Part shown: piece by piece, positions 54,754 through 64,000 of the stretch
Numbering within the stretch: the stretch's first letter is position 1
Layout of the letters: each line of letters begins with the position of its first letter
Assembly: GCA_965203315.1 (NCBI GenBank)
Contig: CBDBCE010000004.1
Location: forward strand, 160,001 to 224,000
From: Nitrosopumilus sp.
GTDB lineage: Archaea > Thermoproteota > Nitrososphaeria > Nitrososphaerales > Nitrosopumilaceae
Direction of reading: 5' to 3'
Length of the DNA: 64,000 bases
Notes under the pieces: generated by a model
Told to the model about the DNA's origin: nothing
The model's input: the letters and a program-made list of their open reading frames with translations, nothing else
Databases searched by the model: none
Position numbers and translations under genes: made by a program

Positions 54754-55206
54754 TTGAAGATACCAAAGCGTGAGATCATCAAAGAGCTAGATCGTATAAA
54801 GAACATATCTGTCAAACTAGAGCAACAGCTGACCAAACTCGGATCAGATGATATAAAGGTCGAGCAGTTGACTCTTGAAGAGATCCAAGATCTGTCAAAG
54901 CTAGTGGGCATTGCCAACTTTATGGTTACAAAGTATGCTGACAAGAGAGACGTATATCATATAGTCAAGGACTTTGCTGATATCATAACACAAGCCGCTC
55001 AGTCATTAGAACAGATCGATGATGAGATAACGGAGATGATTATGTCAGCTGAGGACTCGATCGGTAGAGTCAAGGCCATGTATGTCAACATATCTGCCAA
55101 CTCTGATCTCAAAGAACAGTATGCAGACGGACCAGAGTATAACCGATCTCAAACAAGTGCAAATAATTTAACTAATCTTACAACAGAGATTAACACATCA
55201 GAATAG
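54754..55206 (+). CDS. Helical/coiled-coil hypothetical protein upstream of cdvC
   Basis: 150-aa acidic, helix-prone ORF 35 bp upstream of the Vps4 gene. Confidence 0.65.
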   Translation: MKIPKREIIKELDRIKNISVKLEQQLTKLGSDDIKVEQLTLEEIQDLSKLVGIANFMVTKYADKRDVYHIVKDFADIITQAAQSLEQIDDEITEMIMSAEDSIGRVKAMYVNISANSDLKEQYADGPEYNRSQTSANNLTNLTTEINTSE

Positions 55207-55241
55207 CTATAACGTTTTACAGATATGCTTAGGTAGTATAA

Positions 55242-56435
55242 ATGAGCGTAGCACCACAAGAGTTGGAGAACACTGTCATCAAGTGTGCCACGATGGCAAT
55301 AAAATGTGATTCAGAAGGAGCACGTGGCATGGCGATAACATACTATCAACACGCTGTAGATGGATTGGACAAGTTGATGAAGTTGTATCCTAGCAACAAG
55401 ATAAATGATGTCTATGTAAAACGTTACAAGACATATCAAAACAGAATCGAGACACTACAAAAGGCTCACAATATCGAACCTGCAATCGATCCCAACGCAA
55501 CCCTTGAAGAGCAACGGAGATCGGTTCAGAGACAAGAGGCTGAGAACGATTTTGAAGATTTGGTTATGAAAGAAAAGCCCGATATTACGTGGAACCAAGT
55601 TATTGGTCTAGAAGATGTGAAAAAATCACTACTGAACTCCATAGTTCGCCCCAGTACACGACCAGATGTATATCCGATTGGAGTACAACGAGGAATGTTG
55701 TTACATGGGCCACCTGGCACCGGCAAGACTATGCTTGCAGCTGCTACTGCAAACGAGGTTGATGGCTACTTTATCAATATAGACGGCGCATCGATTATGA
55801 GTAAGTGGCTTGGAGAAGCAGAGAAGAACGTCTCTAAAATATTCACTATGGCTAGAACGTATGCAGAAAAGGAGGGCAAACCTGTAATATTGTTCATTGA
55901 TGAGGTCGACTCGTTGTTAGCAGATCGAACCAGTGAGGTTGGTGGTGAGGTCAGAACAAAGAAACAGTTTCTTACAGAGATGGATGGTGTCTTGGATAAA
56001 GGAAAGAGTTTGATGCTTTATGTAATTGGAGCAACAAATAAACCGTGGAGTCTTGATGAAGCATTTTTGAGAAGGTTTGAAGCAAGAATCTATGTACCTC
56101 TACCGGACGAAGCGGCTAGACAGAAATTATTTGAACAGTACACTTCACGTCTCAGAACGACTCCTCAAGTTAATTGCGCCAACCTTGCGAAACTCTTCAA
56201 GGGGTACAGTGCAAGCGATATTCGAAGTGTCTGCATCTCTGCACAGAATCAAGTCGCCGATGAGCTCTTTAACTCTCCAGACTATCATGAACCTGTTGAG
56301 GGCGAAGAGTTGGCATTACCAAGAGAGATCACTCCTACTGATTTTAAAAATATCATGGGTAGCCGAAAGCCTAGTGTATCTCATGAGATGATTCGTGCAT
56401 ACGAAGAATGGAATAGGAACTTTAAAGCAAACTAG
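55242..56435 (+). CDS. cdvC: Vps4/CdvC AAA+ ATPase with N-terminal MIT domain
   Basis: MIT-like N-terminus; EKPDITW..VIGLE, GPPGTGKT, SKWLGEAEK, FIDEVD, GATNKPWSLD..FLRRF. Confidence 0.85.
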   Translation: MSVAPQELENTVIKCATMAIKCDSEGARGMAITYYQHAVDGLDKLMKLYPSNKINDVYVKRYKTYQNRIETLQKAHNIEPAIDPNATLEEQRRSVQRQEAENDFEDLVMKEKPDITWNQVIGLEDVKKSLLNSIVRPSTRPDVYPIGVQRGMLLHGPPGTGKTMLAAATANEVDGYFINIDGASIMSKWLGEAEKNVSKIFTMARTYAEKEGKPVILFIDEVDSLLADRTSEVGGEVRTKKQFLTEMDGVLDKGKSLMLYVIGATNKPWSLDEAFLRRFEARIYVPLPDEAARQKLFEQYTSRLRTTPQVNCANLAKLFKGYSASDIRSVCISAQNQVADELFNSPDYHEPVEGEELALPREITPTDFKNIMGSRKPSVSHEMIRAYEEWNRNFKAN

Positions 56436-56463
56436 TGTATGCTGGTTACCGAGTTCTGTTATT

Positions 56464-56712
56464 GGTTCTTTTAACTTGTTGGGGGTATTTGAAATTTAGG
56501 AGATCTCTTGGAAATTTACTGTCGATGGCAATCTCATAAACGATTCACAAAAAATTACATATTATTAAACAATTCATCTTGAATTATGTAAATTTTCGAT
56601 ATTTGGAGCATAAATCATGTATTTTTTAGTTTTTATCATGATAATTTTACTAGGAGTATAATTTCATGAACGCTCCCAAATTCCAAATATCCTCCGATAA
56701 GTTAAAAGAACC
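56464..56712. mobile_element. MITE family B (249 bp) with long imperfect TIRs
   Basis: Left GGTTCTTTTAACTTGTTGGGGGTATTTGAAATTTAGGAG; right (rev. comp.) GGTTCTTTTAACTTATCGGAGGATATTTGGAATTTGGGAG; AT-rich non-coding core; no clear TSD. Confidence 0.75.
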
Positions 56713-57091
56713 CGATTCTCATCTCTAAGATTACACAGAACCTCAATTACTAAATTTTAAATAGTCATTCGTTTTACTATTACATGTAAGTCGCGTCTGA
56801 AACTCATAGGCGATCGGGGTAAGACCAGGTGGTGCTGTAAGCGATGTAGACAGACTTACAATTTCATGACGTGTACGTTAATACCTTCACGAATCTCGCC
56901 CCTACAATCTAACGTGATTGTCCTTTTTGGCTCTTTCTCTTTATTATTTCCCCATGCAACAATATCAGCTATAGTGTGAGCATCTCCTTTGTATGAATGA
57001 TCTAAGTCATTATCTTTTGCAAAACCTCGGCAATCCGAATCACATTCAAAGCAAACTTTACATACGCCGTGAAGCTGTAAAAAACAATCAA

Positions 57092-58346
57092 CAGTACTTC
57101 CAAATGTCTCTTTAAATAACGAAAATTATATAGAAATAGAAAGATCTATAAAGGGTTTCTAAAAATAACTTTTGTTGAAAAACAAAAATGAATTAAATGG
57201 ACAGCGATTTAGAAGACATTTAGAATATTCTCGATATACTGCATTTTTAAATGATTTAGATATTCCTGTGTCTAAAAAAAATAATGCAAAGTTTGGTAAA
57301 GAAGATGTTTTATCCATTATGTTTAAAACAGCCATGTCTAAAAGTACAATAACTGGACATTCAACTTCAATGAAAATGAGGAAAAAGCGTGCTCCATCTC
57401 CAGAATATTTTAGACTATTATTCAAAAAGGCAGCAGCTGATTTTGACAACTTTAAATTTAAAAGGTCAGTAAAAAGCAACATCGCAGCATTACAAGATAT
57501 GGGTCGTTGGTCTAAAGAGCCAAAAGATATAGCAATTGATCTGCACAAATATGCACGATATGATGACAAAACAGATACTAAACTATGCTATGGTCCGGTT
57601 GACGACAGATATGCATTACATGAAAAGTACATGACAGCACAAGTCATAAACGAAGGCGAAACACTAGTTGTGTCAAAACATGCCATGTACAAAGGAGACC
57701 AAAACCCCAATTTTGTGCGTAAAATCATCAAAGATTGTGAAGATCTGCGTCTGGACATTGGTAACTGGTTGATGGATCGTGAGTTTCTTACTACACAGAT
57801 CTTGCAGCTGCTGCAAGGTCGAGGTTACACATTTCTCACCATCTGTCAAAATAACGCCAAGACAAGGCGATATCTAGAAGAGTACAAACAAGGAAAACGT
57901 AAACGAGTATCAAAACGTACGATCTCTAATGGCAAAGGCTTGTCAATGGACTATTACATGATCATAGAAGAAATTGAAAAGGATGGTAAAATAGACTACA
58001 TTCCATTTGCAACAAACAATCCAAGAATTGATACAAAAAAATACGCAAAGCGATGGGTTATTGAAACTGGATATAGGGTAGTCGATAAGATGAGATTACC
58101 AACTACAACTAAAAATGAATCAGTAAGAGATTTGTTGTTTTCTTTTTCTCTTTTGTTTTATAATGCTTGGATCATAGCACGTAACATAGATGATGAAAAT
58201 GATCCATTGAATGTTGGTTGGTGGCACATTCCTCAACTTACGTTCAGAGATCTTGTGCTAGATTACATTGAACTCTATCGAGAAAAATGGCCTCCACCAA
58301 AGATTGCCGCTGCAGCTTGTTAATAAGCAGACAGTTGGAAGTACTG
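57092..58346 (+). mobile_element. Complete ISH3-like element (1,255 bp)
   Basis: TIR CAGTACTTCCAA[A/C]TGTCT; 5-bp TSD ATCAA (57087-57091 / 58347-58351). Confidence 0.92.
57172..58323 (+). CDS. ISH3-like DDE transposase
   Basis: IAIDLH, MDREF, YAKRWVIETGYR, LFYNAWIIAR, WPPP; distant paralog of 41643-42761. Confidence 0.88.
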   Translation: MLKNKNELNGQRFRRHLEYSRYTAFLNDLDIPVSKKNNAKFGKEDVLSIMFKTAMSKSTITGHSTSMKMRKKRAPSPEYFRLLFKKAAADFDNFKFKRSVKSNIAALQDMGRWSKEPKDIAIDLHKYARYDDKTDTKLCYGPVDDRYALHEKYMTAQVINEGETLVVSKHAMYKGDQNPNFVRKIIKDCEDLRLDIGNWLMDREFLTTQILQLLQGRGYTFLTICQNNAKTRRYLEEYKQGKRKRVSKRTISNGKGLSMDYYMIIEEIEKDGKIDYIPFATNNPRIDTKKYAKRWVIETGYRVVDKMRLPTTTKNESVRDLLFSFSLLFYNAWIIARNIDDENDPLNVGWWHIPQLTFRDLVLDYIELYREKWPPPKIAAAAC

Positions 58347-58802
58347 ATCAATACGTTTTTGTACTAGTTCAAAGAGTACCTTGTTAAAAATACAAACAAG
58401 TTCGGCTTTACGAATCTTGTTTTTCATTAAATTATAAAATTCGTTAATTATGGTGTCTCTATCTATTCTAATGCATAGTCCTAGAGAATTTTTTCTGTCA
58501 AAATGTATTTTCGATATGATGTCTTCTTGTCTCTTTCTTTTTTTAATTCTGCTCATATGAATATTGTCATGTCCTATGCTGTTTACAGTCTGTTTGATAA
58601 TATCCTCAGTACCAATCACGATTGACATATATGTGTGATTACCTATATTTGGACGACCGGAAACATCCATTCCTGCAATTATCATAACCATCTTTTTTAC
58701 TTTTCAAAAAATACTATATTAATGCAATTGAGAATGTACGTAGCTGTTGAATATAGGTAACCGTATGTGGAGTCGAAAAGAAAGCGATCAGATGATGCCA
58801 AT

Positions 58803-59058
58803 GGATCTTTTCGATTTACGTGGGATAGCGTTTCACAAGGTTTTCCATAATTTTTCTTTAGGCAGTATGCGTATTATTGGGGGTGTTCCATGCCAATCAT
58901 CAAACATGACAACAATGAATCAATTTGCCTCTAGAAATTACACATGTGTTTTATTGTACCTTAAAACGTGAGTATGATGTAAGAAATACACATACAGTCT
59001 TTGATAGAATCTTGTAGTGTTTTCTGTAATTATTCTATCCAGTAAACCGAAAAGATCC
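58803..59058 (+). mobile_element. MITE family A, long copy (256 bp)
   Basis: GGATCTTTTCGATTTAC...GTAAACCGAAAAGATCC inverted ends; co-linear with 9514-9774. Confidence 0.8.
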
Positions 59059-59094
59059 GCCAATAGTACTATTATCACTGTATCTAGTCAATAG

Positions 59095-59430
59095 TTATAG
59101 AAGTTTTAATTCTAAATTCGATAAAGCACTCAGTGCCTCATCTCTATATTCTAGAGTTATTTCCGACTCTTCGTATCTGGCACTCATGCTCGCTTCAAAC
59201 AAAAAATTATATTCATCTTTTACATGTGGGATGTGTTTCTTTACCATCTTTTTTCGTGAGGTGTGATTGTCGGTCGATGCATATTCATTTCTTTCAAAAT
59301 AGTCATCAACCAAATGCAATGTAGCATAAAATAATATGGTTACTTGTCAGTCATAAGAATTTGATTCACTCTTACGTAGCTGCTCAAATATCTCCTTGTT
59401 GTGCTTGTATCTCTCGTAGTGCCACGTCAT
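59095..59430 (-). pseudogene. HEPN-domain putative toxin with in-frame TGA
   Basis: MTWHYERYKHNKEIFEQL...YD*QVTILFYATLHLVDDYF...NHTSR...SMSARY; TGA at 59347-59349 where W is typical (YDW). Confidence 0.65.
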
Positions 59431-59435
59431 GAGTG

Positions 59436-59840
59436 CTATTCTCTCTTAAAAACAGTGGTTGTGTTGTCTAGGCGCTTTGATTTAATTTCAGATGCCTTGA
59501 AAAATAACATCTCCATATCAGAGTCGGGAAATTGATCTTCCAGTTTACCAAATTTTTTAAATATCGTCTTGACTGCAAAGCTAAAGTCATCATGTTCATA
59601 AATTACAATTAGTTTGATTACATTACAATGAAAATTGTTTTCGTAACATACCTGTTTTATGAAATCAAGATCAAACGCCTCAACAATTTTGGGCTTTATG
59701 CTATCCATGTCTATCTCTTGTTGGGAGAGTCTATTTACGCTAGTTTGCAGCTGATCCATACTAGTTTGCAATTGTTTGATTCGAGTCAACATTTCACTCA
59801 TCTCTGATTTCTCTGCACGCTTTACCTGAACACTAGCCAT
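59436..59840 (-). CDS. Hypothetical protein, possible MNT-like antitoxin partner of HEPN
   Basis: 5 bp upstream of HEPN start; N-terminal coiled coil plus alpha/beta domain. Confidence 0.5.
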   Translation of the reverse strand: MASVQVKRAEKSEMSEMLTRIKQLQTSMDQLQTSVNRLSQQEIDMDSIKPKIVEAFDLDFIKQVCYENNFHCNVIKLIVIYEHDDFSFAVKTIFKKFGKLEDQFPDSDMEMLFFKASEIKSKRLDNTTTVFKRE

Positions 59841-59895
59841 TTTTCAGTCACTGTGATATCTGCTATTTAAGACATAAATTCTTTATGTATATACC

Positions 59896-60014
59896 GCTTT
59901 CTCTTCGATTTACGTGGAATAGATATTCACAAGGCTTTTTCCATAATTTTCACTTGTAGAATCTCGTCGTACTTTTTCTATAATCGTTCTATCTCGCGTG
60001 AATCAAAAATATCC
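59896..60014 (+). mobile_element. MITE family A, short degenerate copy
   Basis: TCTCTTCGATTTACGTGGAATAG...CACAAGG.TTTTCCATAATTTT...GTGAATCAAAAATATCC; matches both ends of 58803-59058 with the middle deleted. Confidence 0.65.
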
Positions 60015-60515
60015 GTTACTCGTATAACCCTCGTGTATAAAGATCAAGCCACAATCAAATTCCTAGTCGCAATGATGACCTTGTCTCAATATGGATGTAG
60101 ATGATCTTTGATCTAAACTTCTAATTAAACGGATAGAATTTATGTTTTGAATGTATTGATCCATGATTGTAGATCGGTCTCATATGCGTGTGCGAAACCA
60201 AAGAATCGACATGTTTTGTGTGATCGAAACAATCGTGATTATCTGTCAAATTGATCTAGTGAATAGCCATGAAACCACGCCTTGCCGACGATCATGTTGA
60301 TCATACGATGCATTGCTATTCATATGGTTTAGTATATCTCAACTGCTATCAAACTTGGTAATTTTTAATGAAATGTTTGGTTTTAGTCCCTCAATGAGAC
60401 ATGGTTCTGGGCATTCTTGTGGGAAGAGATCTGTTGGGAGAGATCAAAAAAGCTTAAATTCACTTTATTATCGACTCAATTAGGGTTAAGAATTAAAACA
60501 AAAAAATCAGTCCAT

Positions 60516-61649
60516 GTGAAAAAGTTTGCAAAACTGATCCTCAGTGACGGAACCGTACTTGAGGGTCAAGGTTTTGGATACTCTACTATCTCCTTTGGTG
60601 AGATCGTATTCAATACTGGGATGGTTGGTTATACTGAAGCACTAACTGATCCATCGTACAGAGGTCAGATCTTGACATTGACGTATCCTCTAGTTGGTAA
60701 TTATGGCGTTCCAGATCCATCGATCAAAGACAGGTATGGGATACCAAAGTTCTTCGAGTCTGATGTGATCCAACCTAGGGGTTTGGTAGTTCACGAGCTA
60801 TCTCTTACCGCGAGTCATTGGAACATAGCAATGACTCTTGATGAGTGGATGTATAAACACAAGATTCCAGGAATATCTGGGATCGATACACGAGAGCTTA
60901 CAAAGAAACTGAGAACAGGTGGTGTGATGATGGCAGCACTCGCAGTCTCTGATGACTATATCGATACATCTGTTGTCCAAGATCAACTAAAGACAGCAAC
61001 ACCATACAACTCGGAGCAGTTTATGAGTCAGGTATCTACAAATGAGGTTAAAAGGTATGGGAATAGTTCTAATGTTGTAGTTGTGATTGATACAGGTACA
61101 AAATATGCGATACTACGAAATATTCTAGATATGGGGTACAAAGCTGTGTTGCTTCCATGGGACTCTACGTTTAAAGATATCATGTCACACAATCCAAAAG
61201 GTGTGGTTCTTAGCAGTGGGCCTGGCGATCCACAAAAATGTCCCAACACAATCGAGACTGCAAAGAGTTTGATTAAAAATAACGTTCCAACTTTGGGAAT
61301 ATGTTTGGGAGCTCAGATCATTGGAATTGCAGGAAATACAGAGACATACAAGTTAAAGTATGGACATCGTGGACAAAACAAGCCTTGTATCAATCTCTTA
61401 AACAATCAAGTGTATGTTACTAGTCAGAATCATGGTTATGGTATAACTCCTGAATCGTTAACCCGATCTGAATTTGATTTATGGTTTACAAACGCAGACG
61501 ACAAGACAGTTGAAGGAATACGACATAAAACAAAGAGCTGTATAGCCGTACAGTTCCATCCAGAAGCATCGCCGGGTCCATACGACTGCAAGTTCGTCTT
61601 TGAAGAGCTACGATCCCTTATGGAGGAGGAAGTACCTGCCAAAGCGTGA
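60516..61649 (+). CDS. carA: Carbamoyl-phosphate synthase small subunit
   Basis: GEIVFNTGMVGY.E.LTDPSY.GQ, SGPGDP, LGICLG, GHRG.N, SQNHG, VQFHPEASPGP; start uncertain (GTG 60516 chosen). Confidence 0.95.
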   Translation: MKKFAKLILSDGTVLEGQGFGYSTISFGEIVFNTGMVGYTEALTDPSYRGQILTLTYPLVGNYGVPDPSIKDRYGIPKFFESDVIQPRGLVVHELSLTASHWNIAMTLDEWMYKHKIPGISGIDTRELTKKLRTGGVMMAALAVSDDYIDTSVVQDQLKTATPYNSEQFMSQVSTNEVKRYGNSSNVVVVIDTGTKYAILRNILDMGYKAVLLPWDSTFKDIMSHNPKGVVLSSGPGDPQKCPNTIETAKSLIKNNVPTLGICLGAQIIGIAGNTETYKLKYGHRGQNKPCINLLNNQVYVTSQNHGYGITPESLTRSEFDLWFTNADDKTVEGIRHKTKSCIAVQFHPEASPGPYDCKFVFEELRSLMEEEVPAKA

Positions 61650-64000
61650 GACACTATCAAAGATCCTCGTGTTGGGCAGTGGGGCAATAAAGATCGGAGA
61701 AGCCGGCGAAAGTCGCTAAAACGACCGTCAATTTGACTACTCCGGGAGCCAATGCCTCAAAGCGATACGCGAGGATGGGTTAAAGAGCGTTCTGATAAAT
61801 CCCAACATTGCAACTATACAGACTGATACGCGGTTTGCAGATAATGTCTATTTGTTACCGGTAAATCCAGAGTATGTTGAATCGATAATCGAGAAAGAAC
61901 GACCAGATGGAATAATGCTTGCCTATGGTGGACAGACAGCACTAAACTGTGGCGTGCGATTACACGAATCTGGAGTATTTCAAAAGTATGGGATCAACGT
62001 TCTTGGTACTCAGGTACCGGGAATTCAACGTACAGAAGATAGACAGTTGTTCAAAGACGCAATGCGTGAAGCAGGTGTACCTGTACTGAATAGTAAAACC
62101 GTGACAAACTTTGAAGATGCAAAAGAGGTAGCTAAAGAACTGAACTATCCTGTGATAATTCGAGTTGCATATACGCTAGGTGGTAGAGGTGGAGGTGTTG
62201 CACACAATGAGATTGAACTACACGAGATAGTTGAACGAGGTATCAAGGCATCTCTAGTTGGCCAAGTTTTAGTTGAAGAGTACATCGGACATTGGAAGCA
62301 GATCGAGTATGAGATAATGCAAGACTATGATGGCAATAATGTCATTGTATGTAACATGGAGAACGTACTGTCCATGAAGGTTCATACTGGCGATAATATT
62401 GTGGTGGCTCCATCACAGACGATAAACAATCACGAGTATCACATGCTGCGCACTGCGGGGCTTTGCGCAACAAAACACGTTGGAATTGTTGGAGAATGTA
62501 ATATTCAATACGCTCTCGATTCAGACTCTGACAGATTTGTTGCAATCGAGATAAATCCAAGACTCTCTCGTTCTTCGGCACTAGCAAGCAAAGCAACCGG
62601 TTATCCACTAGCGTACATGTCGGCCAAGATAGGTCTAGGTTACAATCTATCTGAACTTGTAAATCGAATAACAAAGAGTACTACTGCATGCTTTGAACCC
62701 TCTCTTGACTATATTGTATGTAAACACCCACGATGGGATTTTGCAAAGTTTGAGTTGGTAAATCCTAGACTTGGACCAACTATGAAGTCTGTCGGCGAGG
62801 TCATGGCGATCGGTCGTACATTTGAAGAGTCGTTACAAAAGGCGATAAGGATGCTCGGTATCGGAAATGACGGCCTGGTGCTAAACCGTAATCGAGACAT
62901 ACAATACAACGAGGAAGAGATCGAAGATCGTCTAGCACATCACGATGACAAGATACTGTACAATGTTGCACTGGCACTAAAGATGGGAATATCCGTAGAA
63001 AAGATATATCAACTATCTTCTATAGATCCGTGGTTTATCGAAAAGATACAAAATATCGTAGACATGGAATCCAAATTAAAGAATCGAGAGCTGAATTCAA
63101 GTCTGATGAGATCTGCAAAACAGATCGGATTCTCTGACCGTCAAATAGCACGTAGTACAAATCAGACCTCAGATCAGATTCGAGATGTGCGTAAAGAGAT
63201 GGGTGTCATACCTGTTGTCAAACAGATCGATACTCTGGCTGCCGAGTGGCCAGCAGTTACAAACTATCTCTATCTGACGTATGGCGGTGTCACAAGTGAT
63301 ATTGAGACAAAGCCTGATGAGCAAGGCGTAATAGTTGTAGGTGCAGGACCATACAGAATAGGAAGCAGTGTAGAGTTTGATTGGGGAACGGTAAATATGG
63401 TCTGGGGACTACAACAGAATGGACAAAAGAACGTCTCTGTAGTGAACTGTAATCCAGAGACTGTGTCTACAGATTATGATATCTGTACTAGACTATACTT
63501 TGAAGAGTTGACTCTTGAGAGATTGCTAGACATTGCAGACTTTGAATCTCCACACGGTGTAGTGACATGTGTTGGTGGTCAGACTGCAAACAATCTGACT
63601 CTTGGACTGGCACAACATGGGATCAACATAATGGGTACATCTGCAGCCGATGTTGATAGGGCTGAAGATAGATCCAAGTTTAGTGCTGAATTAGACAAAT
63701 TACACATACAGCAGCCAAAGTGGCAAGCGTTTTCAAATATTGGTGCAGCAAGAGAGTTTGCTCAAAGAGTAGAGTTTCCCGTGATCGTCAGACCATCGTA
63801 TGTGTTGTCTGGCGCAGCGATGAAGGTTGTATGGTCGTCAGATGAGCTCAAGAGATACGTCAAAGAGGCCACAGACGTATCTCCAGATCATCCGGTAGTG
63901 ATATCAAAGTTTATGCTCAACTCACTAGAGGTTGATGTAGATGGAGTCTCTGACGGTACCCATGTTATAATCGGTGCAATCGTTGAACATATCGATAGTG
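61636..64000 (+). CDS. carB: Carbamoyl-phosphate synthase large subunit (runs off window), interrupted by 21-nt intron candidate
   Basis: CTG-PKRETLSKILVLGSGAIKIGEAGE [SR*NDRQ] FDYSGSQCLKAIREDG..VLINPNIATIQTD, then GGQTALN, YTLGGRGGG, EINPRLSRSSALASKATGYP, MKSVGEVMAIG. Confidence 0.95.
61711..61731 (+). other. Candidate BHB-type archaeal intron in carB mRNA
   Basis: AGTCGCTAAAACGACCGTCAA; central helix GGCG/CGUC, bulges AAA and AAU, intron hairpin GUCG-CUAAAA-CGAC; excision restores GGC GAA TTT GAC. Confidence 0.85.

Larger units (their letters stand above)
56870..58691 (-). pseudogene. RNase H-fold (DUF3800-like) gene interrupted by ISH3-like element
   Basis: N-part IAGMDVSGRP...ELVQKRID (58691-58347) continues past the TSD as CFLQLHGVCKVCFECDSDC...AHTIADIVAW (below 57091). 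Confidence 0.6.

Noticed and set aside
59347-59349. Selenocysteine or intron explanation for the HEPN in-frame TGA
   Set aside because: It corresponds to a typical Trp (TGG to TGA point change); no insert or BHB motif surrounds it.
60417-60515. Extended carA N-terminus from TTG 60417
   Set aside because: Covers the probable promoter (AAAAAGCTTAAAT) and precedes the conserved AKLIL.DG start region.
61711-61731. carB as a simple pseudogene or stop-codon readthrough
   Set aside because: The stop lies inside a precise 21-nt insert whose ends match EndA cut geometry; readthrough would leave 7 extra residues in a conserved motif, and the rest of the gene shows no visible decay.

Overview
64-kb chromosomal window from an ammonia-oxidising archaeon (Nitrososphaerota/Thaumarchaeota, Nitrosopumilaceae-like). 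This assignment rests on an AOA-type NirK, a Ser-type thaumarchaeosortase, CdvC/Vps4, an FtsZ-like protein, cofC/cofD, TFB, rpl39e-rpl31e, archaeal RNase P RNA and two tRNAs. Housekeeping blocks alternate with accessory patches rich in IS elements (ISL2/IS5-like, IS1595, two ISH3-like), MITEs and decaying toxin-antitoxin modules, a pattern consistent with (but not proof of) a host-associated lineage. The most striking observation is a 21-nt, stop-containing insertion in the 5' end of carB (61711-61731). It folds into a bulge-helix-bulge-type splice motif whose predicted cut sites restore the conserved GEAGE-FDYSG sequence exactly, so it is a candidate archaeal mRNA intron in a core metabolic gene. 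It has the same geometry as a non-canonical tRNA-Val intron in this window. Other highlights are a ~3,267-aa repeat-domain surface protein gene split by two IS insertions and preceded by a G15 tract between TATA box and start codon, and two copies of an unannotated micro-ORF plus RelE-like gene pair, one carried in a TIR/TSD-bounded non-autonomous element. All calls are by eye from the sequence and the ORF track; no searches were run.
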